A stretch of DNA of 64,000 bases from Promethearchaeota archaeon (lineage in GTDB: Archaea; Asgardarchaeota; Lokiarchaeia; Sigyniarchaeales; SOKP01): assembly GCA_048937405.1 (NCBI GenBank), contig JBHLNF010000001.1, positions 624,785 to 688,784 of the forward strand, in the 5' to 3' direction. This document shows, piece after piece, positions 10,090 to 20,575 of the stretch (position 1 is its first letter; every line of letters starts with the position of its first letter). Both the position numbers and the translations under genes were made by a program. The notes under the pieces were generated by a model. That model searched no databases. It had not been told where the DNA came from and saw only the letters and a program-made list of their open reading frames with translations.

Positions 10090-12498
10090 TTGAATTTCCA
10101 AGATCAATTTGATGGTTGGTTGTTAGATGTTACCACACATAGTAATGGAGTCATTCTTTGGGTGAAAACCGTAAAGGAGCAAAAGGTAGTGAATATTTGC
10201 CATGACTTTCATCCTGAATTTTTCGCAGTTCCAAAACAAGATGTTTGTAAAGACTTCAAAAGATTCAAACAGATTCTTAGATCACATGACAATGTGAAGT
10301 CTGTTAGAATCTGTGAAAAATATGTGAAACTCGAAGAACATGAAAAAACAAAAATATTTGGAGTTTCTGTAGTAAAACCATCTGTATTTAAGAAGACAAT
10401 CGAAGAAATCGAAAAGATTGACTTGTTTACTTTGTATAACACGGATCTTCCGATCTCTCAGATGTATTTTTACATAAATGATCTATTTCCAATGTCTCTT
10501 TGCAATTTTAAGGTCAAGTTTGAGGACAATAAAAAAACTAGTTTCTACTCAATGCGTTTGATATCATTAGAGTTAAAAGATAACAACGAAGAATTGTTTT
10601 ATGAATTACCTCCTTTAAAAGCTATATGGTTAGATATTAAAATACAGCAGCGTGGAATGAGATCATATTATAACGACCCTCTGGCATATGCAGAAGTAAG
10701 TATTGTTGAAAAAGATGAAAAGGCTAACATCCCCAGAGCAGATGGGTTGAGAAAAAGAAAGATTCTAATCGATAAAGCTGATGAAGCTGAAACCATCAAG
10801 GCTATTAGTAAGGTAATTGAACGATTGGATCCTGATATCATATTAACACATGGAGGTGATGAGTTTGTATTTCCTTATTTAGCTGCTCGAGCATCAGTAA
10901 ATCGAGTTTCAAATGATCTCTATTTTTCTCGTACAAAAATACCACTGAGAAATTGTATCTTTAACCTATCAGGAAATTCAGATCATTATATGTCATACGG
11001 AATAATAATGAGACGTTCCAAAACACAGGTTTACTTTACAGGACGTTTTCATTTAGATACTACTACCTACGGTAGTCTACATTTTAGTGAGGGGAATATC
11101 CCTGGAGTTATTGAAGTTGCAAGAGTGTCTCGAGTTCCAATGCAAAGATTATGTAGAATAACAATTGGGGGTGCTTTGCAATCAATTCAATACTATAATG
11201 CATATAAACTCGATCACCTTATTCCACCTTTCAAGAAGAGCCCTGAAAGTTTTCGAAGTGGTATGGATTTAATCATAAATGATCGAGGAGGGCACATATT
11301 TGAACCATTAATTGGAGTCTTTGATCAAGTAGTAGAATTGGATTTTTCTTCAATGTATCCATCATTAATGGCAAACTCTAACATTTCTTCTGAGACAATT
11401 AACTGTAAATGTTGTAAAAGTGATGGTACAGGAATCAAAGTGCCAGGGACAAAATTTCATATATGTACAAAAAGACAAGGTATTATTTCAAAATCAATTA
11501 GTCTTCCCCTGAGAAAACGTTTAGAGTATAAAGAATATAACAAGACACATGATGATCTTCGGTATAAATTCACGGATATTGCATTAAAGTGGGTGCTTGT
11601 AGTTAGTTTCGGATATTTAGGATTTAAAAATGCTCGTTTTGGCAAGATTGAAGCACATCAAACAGTTTGTGCTTTTGCTCGTGAGTTTTTATTGAGATCG
11701 GCTGAGACTGCAAAAAAATATGGTTGTAAAGTTGTTCATGGAATTGTTGATTCAATGTGGCTTCAAGATACAAAAGGGAGAACTCCAGAGGAATTTGAGA
11801 AAATAACAAAGGAAATTGCTAAAGAAATATCTGACAATACTAGTATTCCTATGCATTGGGAAGGAAGATATAATGTGATTACTTTCCTACCTTCCCGAGC
11901 AGAACCAGATGTTCCAACCCTTAGTCATTATTGGGGGATAAAGAGTGATGGTGAAATAAAAGTAAGAGGCATTGAGATAAGACGGAGAGATATGCCAAAG
12001 GTAGTGAAAGATGCACAATATGCATTTATTAATGCATTTCAAGGTGTTCAAACTGTTGATCAGTTCATTGAAAGGATTCCAAAAGCAAAAAAAATACTTT
12101 ACGAATATGTTGAGAGAGTGTACTCAGGGAAAGTATCTCGTGATGAGTTAACGATTAAGCAGAAAATTTCTCGAAGTCCAAATCAATATAAAGTAAATAG
12201 CTACCAAGCAGTTGCTGCCAAACAACTAGAAAGATCAGGTGTAATAGCATCTGCAGGAATAAATGTGAGATATATTATTCTTAACGCTGAAGCTAATCCA
12301 AATTTTCCTGAAAAAAAGGTTATCCTTTCAGATCTCTACGATGATAAAAGGCATGAATATGATAGAAAGAAATATGTCGAACTATTGAAAAGAGCTTTTG
12401 AAAACATATTCCCATTTGAGTTTCCTGAACTTGAGGAATTGCTGACATCTGATTATAATAAAAAATCTATTCAGAAAGATATGTCGTGCTTTATTTGA
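10090..12498 (+). CDS. polB2: Family B DNA polymerase, PolB2 group (degenerate proofreading domain)
   Basis: Motif A LDFSSMYPS, motif B KWVLVVSFGYLG, motif C HGIVDS (canonical YGDTDS), KVRGIE; ExoI degenerate (WLDIK). Confidence 0.92.
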   Translation: MNFQDQFDGWLLDVTTHSNGVILWVKTVKEQKVVNICHDFHPEFFAVPKQDVCKDFKRFKQILRSHDNVKSVRICEKYVKLEEHEKTKIFGVSVVKPSVFKKTIEEIEKIDLFTLYNTDLPISQMYFYINDLFPMSLCNFKVKFEDNKKTSFYSMRLISLELKDNNEELFYELPPLKAIWLDIKIQQRGMRSYYNDPLAYAEVSIVEKDEKANIPRADGLRKRKILIDKADEAETIKAISKVIERLDPDIILTHGGDEFVFPYLAARASVNRVSNDLYFSRTKIPLRNCIFNLSGNSDHYMSYGIIMRRSKTQVYFTGRFHLDTTTYGSLHFSEGNIPGVIEVARVSRVPMQRLCRITIGGALQSIQYYNAYKLDHLIPPFKKSPESFRSGMDLIINDRGGHIFEPLIGVFDQVVELDFSSMYPSLMANSNISSETINCKCCKSDGTGIKVPGTKFHICTKRQGIISKSISLPLRKRLEYKEYNKTHDDLRYKFTDIALKWVLVVSFGYLGFKNARFGKIEAHQTVCAFAREFLLRSAETAKKYGCKVVHGIVDSMWLQDTKGRTPEEFEKITKEIAKEISDNTSIPMHWEGRYNVITFLPSRAEPDVPTLSHYWGIKSDGEIKVRGIEIRRRDMPKVVKDAQYAFINAFQGVQTVDQFIERIPKAKKILYEYVERVYSGKVSRDELTIKQKISRSPNQYKVNSYQAVAAKQLERSGVIASAGINVRYIILNAEANPNFPEKKVILSDLYDDKRHEYDRKKYVELLKRAFENIFPFEFPELEELLTSDYNKKSIQKDMSCFI

Positions 12499-12508
12499 AA
12501 AAAAAAAG

Positions 12509-13057
12509 TTATGGAATTAAGATAATCTCAAAGAAGTCTGATATAATAATTACCAAGCAGACTAGTTCTAAAAATATCCAGAGATTGCGCTTTAAGCTTC
12601 TTAATGCACCAAGGGGTTTACCAAAATAGTTTATCAGATTATATATAAATATAATTATCCAAGTTGTAACTAAAAACGTAATTGGGAGTAATAATGTGGG
12701 CAATTCACGACCAGTATAGCCTAACAAGTATTCATAACCAAGAATTGCAAAACCCGTAATAACAAGAGTGAATCCTAAGCCAAAGGAGTATTCAGCAAAA
12801 GTTACAAAACGTTGAATGCGTTCTTCAGAGGATTTTCCTTGATTTACTTCAAATTGAGCTTTAGAATTTGCAGATACAGAGTTTACAAAAAAAATGAATG
12901 AAACCATCAATAAAAAGGTACTTGTCACTATTCCATTACCCGTAGGAGGAGGAACTTGCCAAATTAAAGCGAGGATTGTTAAAACCGCCCCTATCATAAC
13001 GGTGCTAAGTGTAATCCAATCTCTTACATTGATTTTTTCTCGTTCTTGACTGCTCAC
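12509..13057 (-). CDS. Hypothetical membrane protein (~5 TM)
   Basis: 182-aa ORF with about five hydrophobic segments. Confidence 0.7.
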   Translation of the reverse strand: MSSQEREKINVRDWITLSTVMIGAVLTILALIWQVPPPTGNGIVTSTFLLMVSFIFFVNSVSANSKAQFEVNQGKSSEERIQRFVTFAEYSFGLGFTLVITGFAILGYEYLLGYTGRELPTLLLPITFLVTTWIIIFIYNLINYFGKPLGALRSLKRNLWIFLELVCLVIIISDFFEIILIP

Positions 13058-13149
13058 TTTTTAAACCATTAATTATAAGTTATTAAAATAACTATTAGAT
13101 AAGGATTATATAAACTTTAATATTATAATTAGAACTGAAATTTCCATGC

Positions 13150-15738
13150 TTATTCTATAATACTATATCGATTGAATAGTCTAAATACTAATTTTAATAA
13201 CCAAAATGATTTTCTCGATTTTCTACTTACAAGAGAATTGAAATTTGCCAGAATATGGTTTTCTCTCGATGGTAGAGATTTTTTAAAATCTGGATAATAT
13301 AATCCGCCTGTAATTTTAGGAGGCTTACCGAGGCTTTTTACCTTTCTCCAATCTTCACTTAATTCTCTCTTAGCTAACCATGATTTATCTGTTTTTAATT
13401 CAATTCTTTGGTTATCTACTAATTCAATTTCACAATAAACATTAATAGGACCAATTCCCCCAATAAAATCAGAATTTTCAATCCTAATTTCATTTTTTCC
13501 TTGATTAAGGTATTTCTTTATACTAAATAATTTAATATTTTTATCATTTACAACAACATTAAGTGAATGTCTCGTAATTGTATAACCTATATATGTTTCA
13601 TTTATAAAAATTTTAGCAAATGTACCTGCAATTACCTGTAAATATGCTGTTTTTATATCCCCTTCAATATTTATTGTTTTTGTATAGTAAGTTGTATGGG
13701 TACTATGTAACTTTTCTTTATCTAAATATATTAACTCACTTGGGATATTAGGATCACTCCAACTTATATTCTCTTGTAATTCTTTAATTTTATCCTTATA
13801 AAATTTTATTAACCACCAATATAAAGTTTTTATTGGTTCCAAACCTTCCTTTTTTGCACATGATAACCACAAGAACTCATATTCATTTATTAATGAAGTC
13901 AATTTGGCTATAAATTCTTTAATATGAATGATTTTTTGTTCTTTGTTTTTCTCACTGAAGAATTGAATCTTTGCAAAATTTTTTGAAATTAACCTTTTTT
14001 CAATAAAGATGATAATGTGCTTTAAAACAAATGCTAAATTTCTGATATTAATTTTATTTCTGAGAACTTTTTCCTCTAAATCTTCACAAATTTTAATATT
14101 ATCATTCAAATTTGATATCAAATTTTCAAATCTTGTAGTTTTTATCCTTTTCTTATACCTAGTAGTATTTTTAGAAAAAGGATGAGCAAAAAAATGATTA
14201 TAGTAATTAGTAGGGCGTATAAATAATTTTCGTCTATCTTGTATTGAGCGAAAAGTACTAAAAATTGTTATTAATTTTGTATCTAATATTCCAAAAAAAT
14301 GTAAAAACAAACATTTCCAAAAATAAAAAGTATTAATTTCTTTTACTGGATCCCAACCAACAATCGCAGAAAATATAAAACCATATATTCGGTTTTCTCT
14401 AATCTCCTTATTCCGATAATCACCCCAGCTCGATGTGATTTCCCCTATTCCCCCATTTTTATAAGCAATCTTAATTAAATTTGTTATACTTATCTCATAT
14501 TTATCTATTTCGGGAAATATTCGATTAAAATCGATAATAGATGGACCGGCTACTATTGGAAAACCATAATTCTTAATTTTCTTTAATTCGGGATACTCAC
14601 TCTTAGATTTGTAATTCCAATACATTATTATTACATCTTTTGGCAAACCTTCCATGACTTCTTGGTATTTATATAAAGTATCATGATATATTATCACTTT
14701 CTCATACCCATGTTTTTTCACAATTTCATATACTTTTTTATAATGATTAAGATAAACTTGTCCTATACCCATATTTTTTAATAAATTGATTGAAGCTAAT
14801 TTACCTACATCCAAACTTTCATCAGCTCCAATATGAAAATATTTTGATTTAAAAGAAGTACTTAATTCTTCAATCATTTCATCCAAAAGTTCATAAATTT
14901 CATTATTACTTATATTTAAACTATTTGAGCCAGGAAATTCTCCATATTTCCAATAATCAGGATTATGTAAGATATTATCCCAATCTCCAACAGTTTGAAA
15001 AATGGGAATTAATTCTATATAGTGTTTAGAAGCAAAATTTTGGAGTTCGAGTATTTCTTCTTTTGAGTATCTACCTCTATCTTTTCCAATTTCAGGATGA
15101 TTTGAATAATTATACATATCATTCATAAAGGCTAAGTAGTATTGATTTATTTTATAATGACTTAATTCTTTGATGAACTTTTTTAAGTTATCAATTGTAG
15201 GTGATTGACCTCTTGAAATATCATCGGAGATCCCTCTAATCTTTAATAAAGGAAAATCAATTATATTGATTTCAAATATTGATAATTTATTTTGACTTGA
15301 ATTTAAGGATTGTATCAAAGTTTGGAGTCCATAGAATATTCCTTGATAAGATGGTGCTTCTATATAGATTGTAGAATTATTAGAAATTAAAATATAACCT
15401 TGCTCTATATACTTCTGTTCATCTAAGATTTTGTTATAAAAACCATCAGGAAAATTGGAATAAATAGTATCTTTTATTGATTTGATCTTTGGTAATTGAT
15501 TAATATTATTTATATGATTGATTTCTAACTCTTTTCTAAATCCAAAAAAATTCAACTTTTCTTGCAATTGCTCAATAATAAAGAAATATTCACGATCCAA
15601 ATCCGTATATAGTATAGAATTTTCTGTAATTTTCCATTTTTTACTACTTTTCAGTTTAAAATAGCGAGGTTTTGGAATTAAAAGTATTTCTTTATTATCA
15701 TTTTCTGTTTCTTCTAAATTCTCTAAATAAATAAACAT
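13150..15738 (-). CDS. GH20 beta-N-acetylhexosaminidase with C-terminal beta-sandwich domain
   Basis: LLIPKPR, FYGLQTL, DFP..IRG..DISRG, catalytic HIGADE, MYWNY. Confidence 0.9.
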   Translation of the reverse strand: MFIYLENLEETENDNKEILLIPKPRYFKLKSSKKWKITENSILYTDLDREYFFIIEQLQEKLNFFGFRKELEINHINNINQLPKIKSIKDTIYSNFPDGFYNKILDEQKYIEQGYILISNNSTIYIEAPSYQGIFYGLQTLIQSLNSSQNKLSIFEINIIDFPLLKIRGISDDISRGQSPTIDNLKKFIKELSHYKINQYYLAFMNDMYNYSNHPEIGKDRGRYSKEEILELQNFASKHYIELIPIFQTVGDWDNILHNPDYWKYGEFPGSNSLNISNNEIYELLDEMIEELSTSFKSKYFHIGADESLDVGKLASINLLKNMGIGQVYLNHYKKVYEIVKKHGYEKVIIYHDTLYKYQEVMEGLPKDVIIMYWNYKSKSEYPELKKIKNYGFPIVAGPSIIDFNRIFPEIDKYEISITNLIKIAYKNGGIGEITSSWGDYRNKEIRENRIYGFIFSAIVGWDPVKEINTFYFWKCLFLHFFGILDTKLITIFSTFRSIQDRRKLFIRPTNYYNHFFAHPFSKNTTRYKKRIKTTRFENLISNLNDNIKICEDLEEKVLRNKINIRNLAFVLKHIIIFIEKRLISKNFAKIQFFSEKNKEQKIIHIKEFIAKLTSLINEYEFLWLSCAKKEGLEPIKTLYWWLIKFYKDKIKELQENISWSDPNIPSELIYLDKEKLHSTHTTYYTKTINIEGDIKTAYLQVIAGTFAKIFINETYIGYTITRHSLNVVVNDKNIKLFSIKKYLNQGKNEIRIENSDFIGGIGPINVYCEIELVDNQRIELKTDKSWLAKRELSEDWRKVKSLGKPPKITGGLYYPDFKKSLPSRENHILANFNSLVSRKSRKSFWLLKLVFRLFNRYSIIE

Positions 15739-15855
15739 ACTATGATTTTAAATTAAATAAGACAAAATAAGTTTAGCCAATATTTCAAATTCGGAATTTA
15801 AAAAAAAAAAAGAAAAATGATTAATTTTCCTAAAATGGCTTGGTTTTGAAAATAC

Positions 15856-16827
15856 TTAGAAATACAAATTTGAAGGTTCGATGATATTAGGATAATAAGG
15901 GCGGAGATAATTTAATACACTAAAACAGAGGTGACATTTATCAGCATATCCATCCTGCGGCTTATATCCTTTTTCTATTGCCATTTCAAGAAGATTTTGA
16001 GGTCCTCCCTTAGCAACTAACTTTCCTATTATTGGATGTTTTCTGTAGTTAAAATTCTCTATTATTTCAGATAAAGATTTTTTCTTAGCATTCCCTATAC
16101 AAATTCCCAGACATGATTGATGAAAAACCCATCCATAAGGATCTATCATAAACATTGGTGTCTTAAAGTAAAGACATCTATCAAAGAGTTTCGTTGTCAT
16201 TGTGTAGTTTCTTTCAAGTTCTCTAGCAGCTCTACCTTTTACTTGTAGATCAGTAGTGATTGTTTCTAAAGACTCAAATTCTTTTGAAAGAGCATCAATA
16301 ATTTTCTTTGTTTGTTCATTAAAAAAATTGTTCTCATTTTTAGATCCTACAGTGTGAGCAATCAAATGTATCCATTCAATTTCAGCATCATAAGCTGCTT
16401 TTATCGCACGCTTGACGACATCAAGTGAAATAAATTCTTGATGAAAAGCATCAACACTAAAGCCAATGTGATTTAAGCCTGCTTCTTTTAACTTTAAGGC
16501 ATAATCTTTGGCAATTGAACTATCTTTTCCCCAAAATCCATTTGTTGGTAATCCAATCTTCGGAATATCATATTTTTTCACTTTCTTAACAAGACTAACC
16601 AACAAATCAAAAAAGAGAAAAGGTTCTCCTCCAAAAAAACCTACTTCACCTATATCATAATAAGAAGTAATATCTTTCATGTATCTTTTTACATCTTCTA
16701 ATTCTATTGAAATATTTTCTTGTTTTGGAGAAGCTTGTAATGCACAATGCTTGCATTCATTTGTACATTTATATGATATAAGAAATGTAAGGAAAGAAAT
16801 TTTTTTTTTAATTATATCTTCACTCAT
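15856..16827 (-). CDS. Radical SAM protein with SPASM/twitch-like C-terminus
   Basis: CTNECKHC, GGEPF, TNGFW; C-terminal C...IDPYG...C..IGN...CHLC. Confidence 0.9.
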   Translation of the reverse strand: MSEDIIKKKISFLTFLISYKCTNECKHCALQASPKQENISIELEDVKRYMKDITSYYDIGEVGFFGGEPFLFFDLLVSLVKKVKKYDIPKIGLPTNGFWGKDSSIAKDYALKLKEAGLNHIGFSVDAFHQEFISLDVVKRAIKAAYDAEIEWIHLIAHTVGSKNENNFFNEQTKKIIDALSKEFESLETITTDLQVKGRAARELERNYTMTTKLFDRCLYFKTPMFMIDPYGWVFHQSCLGICIGNAKKKSLSEIIENFNYRKHPIIGKLVAKGGPQNLLEMAIEKGYKPQDGYADKCHLCFSVLNYLRPYYPNIIEPSNLYF

Positions 16828-16875
16828 TTTATTATTTCAACTCTATTTTTTGTATTTTTACTTAATTGTTTTATA

Positions 16876-17457
16876 TCAATTCTCTTTATCCAATTCATTT
16901 TTAATTTGCAAGATTGTATTATCAAAATCAGTAATATATTTATTCAAGTGATCTCGATTTTCTATAATTGAGGTTCTCATCTTTTCTAAAATCTGTAGTT
17001 TTTCATTTAGAGTTAATTTCCCATTAAACTTATCTACCTTTAACGCGATTGGTAACATCTGGATATTTGGAACTTCATTAAAGTGCTCGAGTTCTTCTAT
17101 ATCAATAGAACCACCGTTTATAAGTGAAGATGTTAAAAAATGACGATAAGCTTTACGTATGTTTCGCTGAGTTTGTTTCATTAATTTTAAAGTTTCTCTA
17201 CCTTTATCAGTAATCTTGTAAACTTTTCTATTTTTATCATCTTCAATGAGTTTTATAAATCCTTTTTCCCTGTGATTATTAAGTATCCAATATAGCGTTG
17301 ATGCTCTTGGTTCCCATATCCCTAGAGTACGCTTTTCTATTTCACGTCCGATTTTATAACCATGAGAAGGACCTTTCTCAAGAATACTAAGGATAAAGAT
17401 ATTAATGAAATTTTTTTTTACTACTTTTTCAAAATTCTTATGATAATTTTCAACCAT
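16876..17457 (-). CDS. PadR-family transcriptional regulator
   Basis: ILSIL..GPSHGY.I, TLYWIL, RKVYKITDKG. Confidence 0.9.
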   Translation of the reverse strand: MVENYHKNFEKVVKKNFINIFILSILEKGPSHGYKIGREIEKRTLGIWEPRASTLYWILNNHREKGFIKLIEDDKNRKVYKITDKGRETLKLMKQTQRNIRKAYRHFLTSSLINGGSIDIEELEHFNEVPNIQMLPIALKVDKFNGKLTLNEKLQILEKMRTSIIENRDHLNKYITDFDNTILQIKNELDKEN

Positions 17458-17522
17458 AATCAACTAAAAATCATAGACAATTGTATTTATGACTCAAAAT
17501 TCTACTTATTATAAAAAACCAC

Positions 17523-17546
17523 CAGTTACTGGACTACCAGTAACTG
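17523..17546. promoter_or_regulatory. Perfect 10-bp inverted repeat; candidate PadR operator
   Basis: CAGTTACTGG-acta-CCAGTAACTG upstream of padR, between minus-strand TATA-like elements at ~17562-17568 and ~17509-17516. Confidence 0.65.
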
Positions 17547-17603
17547 ATATAATAATAAGAAATATAAATGTTTCTTTTTTCAAATTTTATTTAAAATTCA
17601 AAA

Positions 17604-18479
17604 TTATAAGACTAAAGATCTCCCATCAAATATAGGTTTCATTCCTAACTGAATAACTTTTCCTTGCATTTCTTCTTCTGGAGGACTTTTCTTGAAACGT
17701 ATAGCAGCATCAAGTATTTTGGGCAAAATATGAATGTCGGCGCTAGAGTTAAGGAAAATACCTTCTCTTCCTAAAACCCAATGAACAGCACGGTCAATAT
17801 CAGCTTGATCTTCAAATGGTTCGTACCAGGTAGATCGTATCTTTTTTTTTTCTCCCCATGGACACCGTGCTAAAGATTTTATTGTTTGTATTGCCACATT
17901 ACGTTCTTTACATATTTCCAAGAGATTATCAAAATCTGCTGCATATTCAGGATTTTGCATCATAACATAGTTATAGGGTAAAAGAACTGAATCAAAGTCA
18001 AATTGTTCTAAACTTCTCTTGTGCATAGCAGCTACCGTATATCCATGTCCAGTTACTCCTATATATTTAATCAATCCTTGTTCACGGGCATCAATAGCGG
18101 CTTTCAATGCCCCATCAGACCCCATTACTTTTTTCCAGCTGTCTTCAGACGTTAAATTATGGAATTGAATTAGATCTATTGAAGTTACTCGCAATCTTTC
18201 AAGTGAACTATTTATCTGATCAAGGGCATCTTTATAAGAACGTCTAAATACCTTTGTAGCAAGGAAGAATTTTTTACGATGTTTCTCCATCCATGGGCCA
18301 ATACGTAATTCTGATTCACCGTAACCTGCAGCTGTATCAATATGATTTATTCCATATTTAAGAAGTACTTCGAAGGTTTGATCCGCTTCAGCTTGTGAAA
18401 CATTACTAAAGGCAGCAGCTCCAAAAATAATTCGTGTACTCAAATGTCCAGTTTTTCCAAATTCAAGCTTAGGTATCAT
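17604..18479 (-). CDS. Aldo/keto reductase
   Basis: [23 protein letters not shown]...[15 protein letters not shown]. Confidence 0.93.
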   Translation of the reverse strand: MIPKLEFGKTGHLSTRIIFGAAAFSNVSQAEADQTFEVLLKYGINHIDTAAGYGESELRIGPWMEKHRKKFFLATKVFRRSYKDALDQINSSLERLRVTSIDLIQFHNLTSEDSWKKVMGSDGALKAAIDAREQGLIKYIGVTGHGYTVAAMHKRSLEQFDFDSVLLPYNYVMMQNPEYAADFDNLLEICKERNVAIQTIKSLARCPWGEKKKIRSTWYEPFEDQADIDRAVHWVLGREGIFLNSSADIHILPKILDAAIRFKKSPPEEEMQGKVIQLGMKPIFDGRSLVL

Positions 18480-18587
18480 TTTCTCTCAACCAATTATATT
18501 ACTCATATTCATAATTATCTTATACAAATTATTCACAAGAATATAAACATTAGGATATAACAAAAAAAGAAAAAAAAAATTGGGAAA

Positions 18588-19214
18588 TTAAACAGTAAAA
18601 GGTTGTCTTATAACGGTTTTCATTGTAGCAGGATTAGCTTTTCTAGGATCACTAAGATATATTTCATGATGTTTATCAATAAGACCATCAAACGATCCTT
18701 TATTTTCCACAATGAAATTATGAACTCTTTCGACCGTTGGACCTTCTTCTGAATATGGGCCTATATGCATTATTTGAGCTGATCTTCCTTCTTTATATTT
18801 TTCTAATCTAAGTTTTTGAAGTTGTTCCACTAGTTCAGGTTTCTTCTCTGCTGTAATTTCTATAGCTTCATTTATCATATCCTGTGTAATCCAATCTGGT
18901 TGCATAATCATCATTGTCCATTTCCATTTATCTCGATTTCCTTTAGAAAAGTCATTCATATTGTCTGTCCACCACAAACCTTCGGATGGTGGCATTACAT
19001 AATCTTTACCTTTTGCTTTACTTAAGAATTTCGTTTTAAATGCTACAGAGAATAATGCCGCAAGAGCATCTTTATATTCTTGAGAATCTCCAGGAGATCC
19101 CATTCCATCAATCATTAAAAATTGCATTTCAGGAACATCAACCTCAATCACTCCTTTTGAACTTGGTTGATATAACTCTTTCAAGCTTTTTTTAAAGTCT
19201 ATTTTTGTTGGTAT
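18588..19214 (-). CDS. GyrI-like small-molecule-binding protein (ORF track start 19184; reading frame opens at ATA 19214)
   Basis: FLMIDGMG.P, EGLWW, WTMMIMQP, HIGPYSEE, HHEIYLSDPR, TVIRQP. Confidence 0.88.
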   Translation of the reverse strand: MPTKIDFKKSLKELYQPSSKGVIEVDVPEMQFLMIDGMGSPGDSQEYKDALAALFSVAFKTKFLSKAKGKDYVMPPSEGLWWTDNMNDFSKGNRDKWKWTMMIMQPDWITQDMINEAIEITAEKKPELVEQLQKLRLEKYKEGRSAQIMHIGPYSEEGPTVERVHNFIVENKGSFDGLIDKHHEIYLSDPRKANPATMKTVIRQPFTV

Positions 19215-19241
19215 TTATATCACCAAAAATTTTAATTAAAA

Positions 19242-19373
19242 TTATTCTCTGGGTTGAAAAGCGTTAGAAGGACATTTTTCGACATCAAGAGTAGCTGGAA
19301 CTTCATGTCCAAAACAGTCTCCTTTAGTATCATCAATTGGTTTATAAAACTTACAATCTTTACATTGAGCCAT
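19242..19373 (-). CDS. 43-aa four-cysteine protein, BssC/TutF-like putative Fe-S miniprotein
   Basis: Hand translation gives MAQCKDCKFYKPIDDTKGDCFGHEVPATLDVEKCPSNAFQPRE*, with GTGA upstream of the ATG. Not in the ORF track. Confidence 0.75.
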   Translation of the reverse strand: MAQCKDCKFYKPIDDTKGDCFGHEVPATLDVEKCPSNAFQPRE

Positions 19374-19484
19374 TTTAAATTCACATTAAAATTATTTTTT
19401 TTTAATTTAAATTATTATTGTATTATTCTAAAAGTGTATTCAAAATCATAAATAACCAATACATATTAGAAATTACTTTTTAAT

Positions 19485-19495
19485 TATGTCACATA
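19485..19495. promoter_or_regulatory. Palindrome TATGT-C-ACATA; candidate TrmB-paralogue operator (copy 1)
   Basis: Ends 35 nt before ATG 19530. An identical copy sits at the same spacing before the second paralogue. Confidence 0.65.
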
Positions 19496-19529
19496 TTATT
19501 TACATAGCCAGAGAGTATAATTTAAAATA

Positions 19530-20543
19530 ATGTTAAAAAATTACTATCCCTACTTAAGAGATATCGGATTATCAGAAATTCAAATTCAATTATATGATTA
19601 TATAATTGAACAAAAATCAGGCACAATTCTAGAAATTAAAGAAAAATTAGGCTTATCCTATGCTCAAGTTAATTATAATATGTCCATCTTAGAGGATATG
19701 GGTCTTATTTTTTCATCAAAAAGCAAAAAGAATAAAAAATACTTTAGAATTGACCCTCAAATAGCTTTAATGAAAGTTTTAGATGAAAAAACGAAGAACT
19801 TTAAGGAACAAATAAATTTGATAGAGGAAACTGTGAAAGCAGAAGAAAGCACAATAGGTAAATGTTATGCAAACATAACTTTCTATCACTATACAGATTT
19901 GAATCTTGCCCTCGAATATTATTACAAGTTAATAGAAAACTGTAAAAATGAAATTTATATGTCAGCAATACCCCCTATATTATTAAAAAAGCTAGAACCT
20001 GCTTTCTATAAAGCGTTTATGAGGGGAATTAAATTAGTTTTATATTATTCTAAAGAAGATTTTGATTCAATAGAAAATTACTTTGATCAAATCATTGACA
20101 TTCTTAAGCGAATTCAAATAGAAATTATTCATACTAAAGAAAGTACCTGTCAACATGTTCGATATAATGATATAATTGTGAATAATGGTGTTGTCTTAAT
20201 TGATGAGAAATATCTTAATACAGTTCTCTTCTTAAATGATGATCTCTTCCATTTTGACGGATTTCATGGAGTAGATTTTGTTCAACAATCAAAGCAATAT
20301 TTGAAAGTAAAAACAATTTTAAAAAGGATTAAAATTGAATTTCCTGAACCTATCCAAACAATATTAGAAATTATTCAAAACAACACTAAGATTACAACTA
20401 AAGAGTTAAGTATTCAATCAAAAATAGGAGGAGGAAAATTAAGAGAAATATTAGATTTCTTAATTCATAAAGGTATTATTAAAGAATCTGAGATAAAAGG
20501 AGGAACTGGCAAACCTCGAAAGGAATATAGTCTAGTTAATTAA
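19530..20543 (+). CDS. TrmB-family regulator with an additional C-terminal wHTH
   Basis: LRDIGLSE...LY N-terminal wHTH, effector region (IENCKNEIYM) and C-terminal TKELS..SKIGGGKLREILDFL..KG...GKPRKEY. Confidence 0.85.
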   Translation: MLKNYYPYLRDIGLSEIQIQLYDYIIEQKSGTILEIKEKLGLSYAQVNYNMSILEDMGLIFSSKSKKNKKYFRIDPQIALMKVLDEKTKNFKEQINLIEETVKAEESTIGKCYANITFYHYTDLNLALEYYYKLIENCKNEIYMSAIPPILLKKLEPAFYKAFMRGIKLVLYYSKEDFDSIENYFDQIIDILKRIQIEIIHTKESTCQHVRYNDIIVNNGVVLIDEKYLNTVLFLNDDLFHFDGFHGVDFVQQSKQYLKVKTILKRIKIEFPEPIQTILEIIQNNTKITTKELSIQSKIGGGKLREILDFLIHKGIIKESEIKGGTGKPRKEYSLVN

Positions 20544-20575
20544 ATGAGAAGTTATGGTTAAGTATAGGTGAAATA

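Noticed and set aside
10090-12498. PolB as a casposon, virus or plasmid marker
   Set aside because: Motifs and partner genes indicate cellular PolB2; no Cas1, integrase, capsid gene or terminal repeats nearby.
19254-19451. 65-aa + strand ORF in the track
   Set aside because: Antisense shadow of the RBS-preceded four-Cys ORF 19242..19373.
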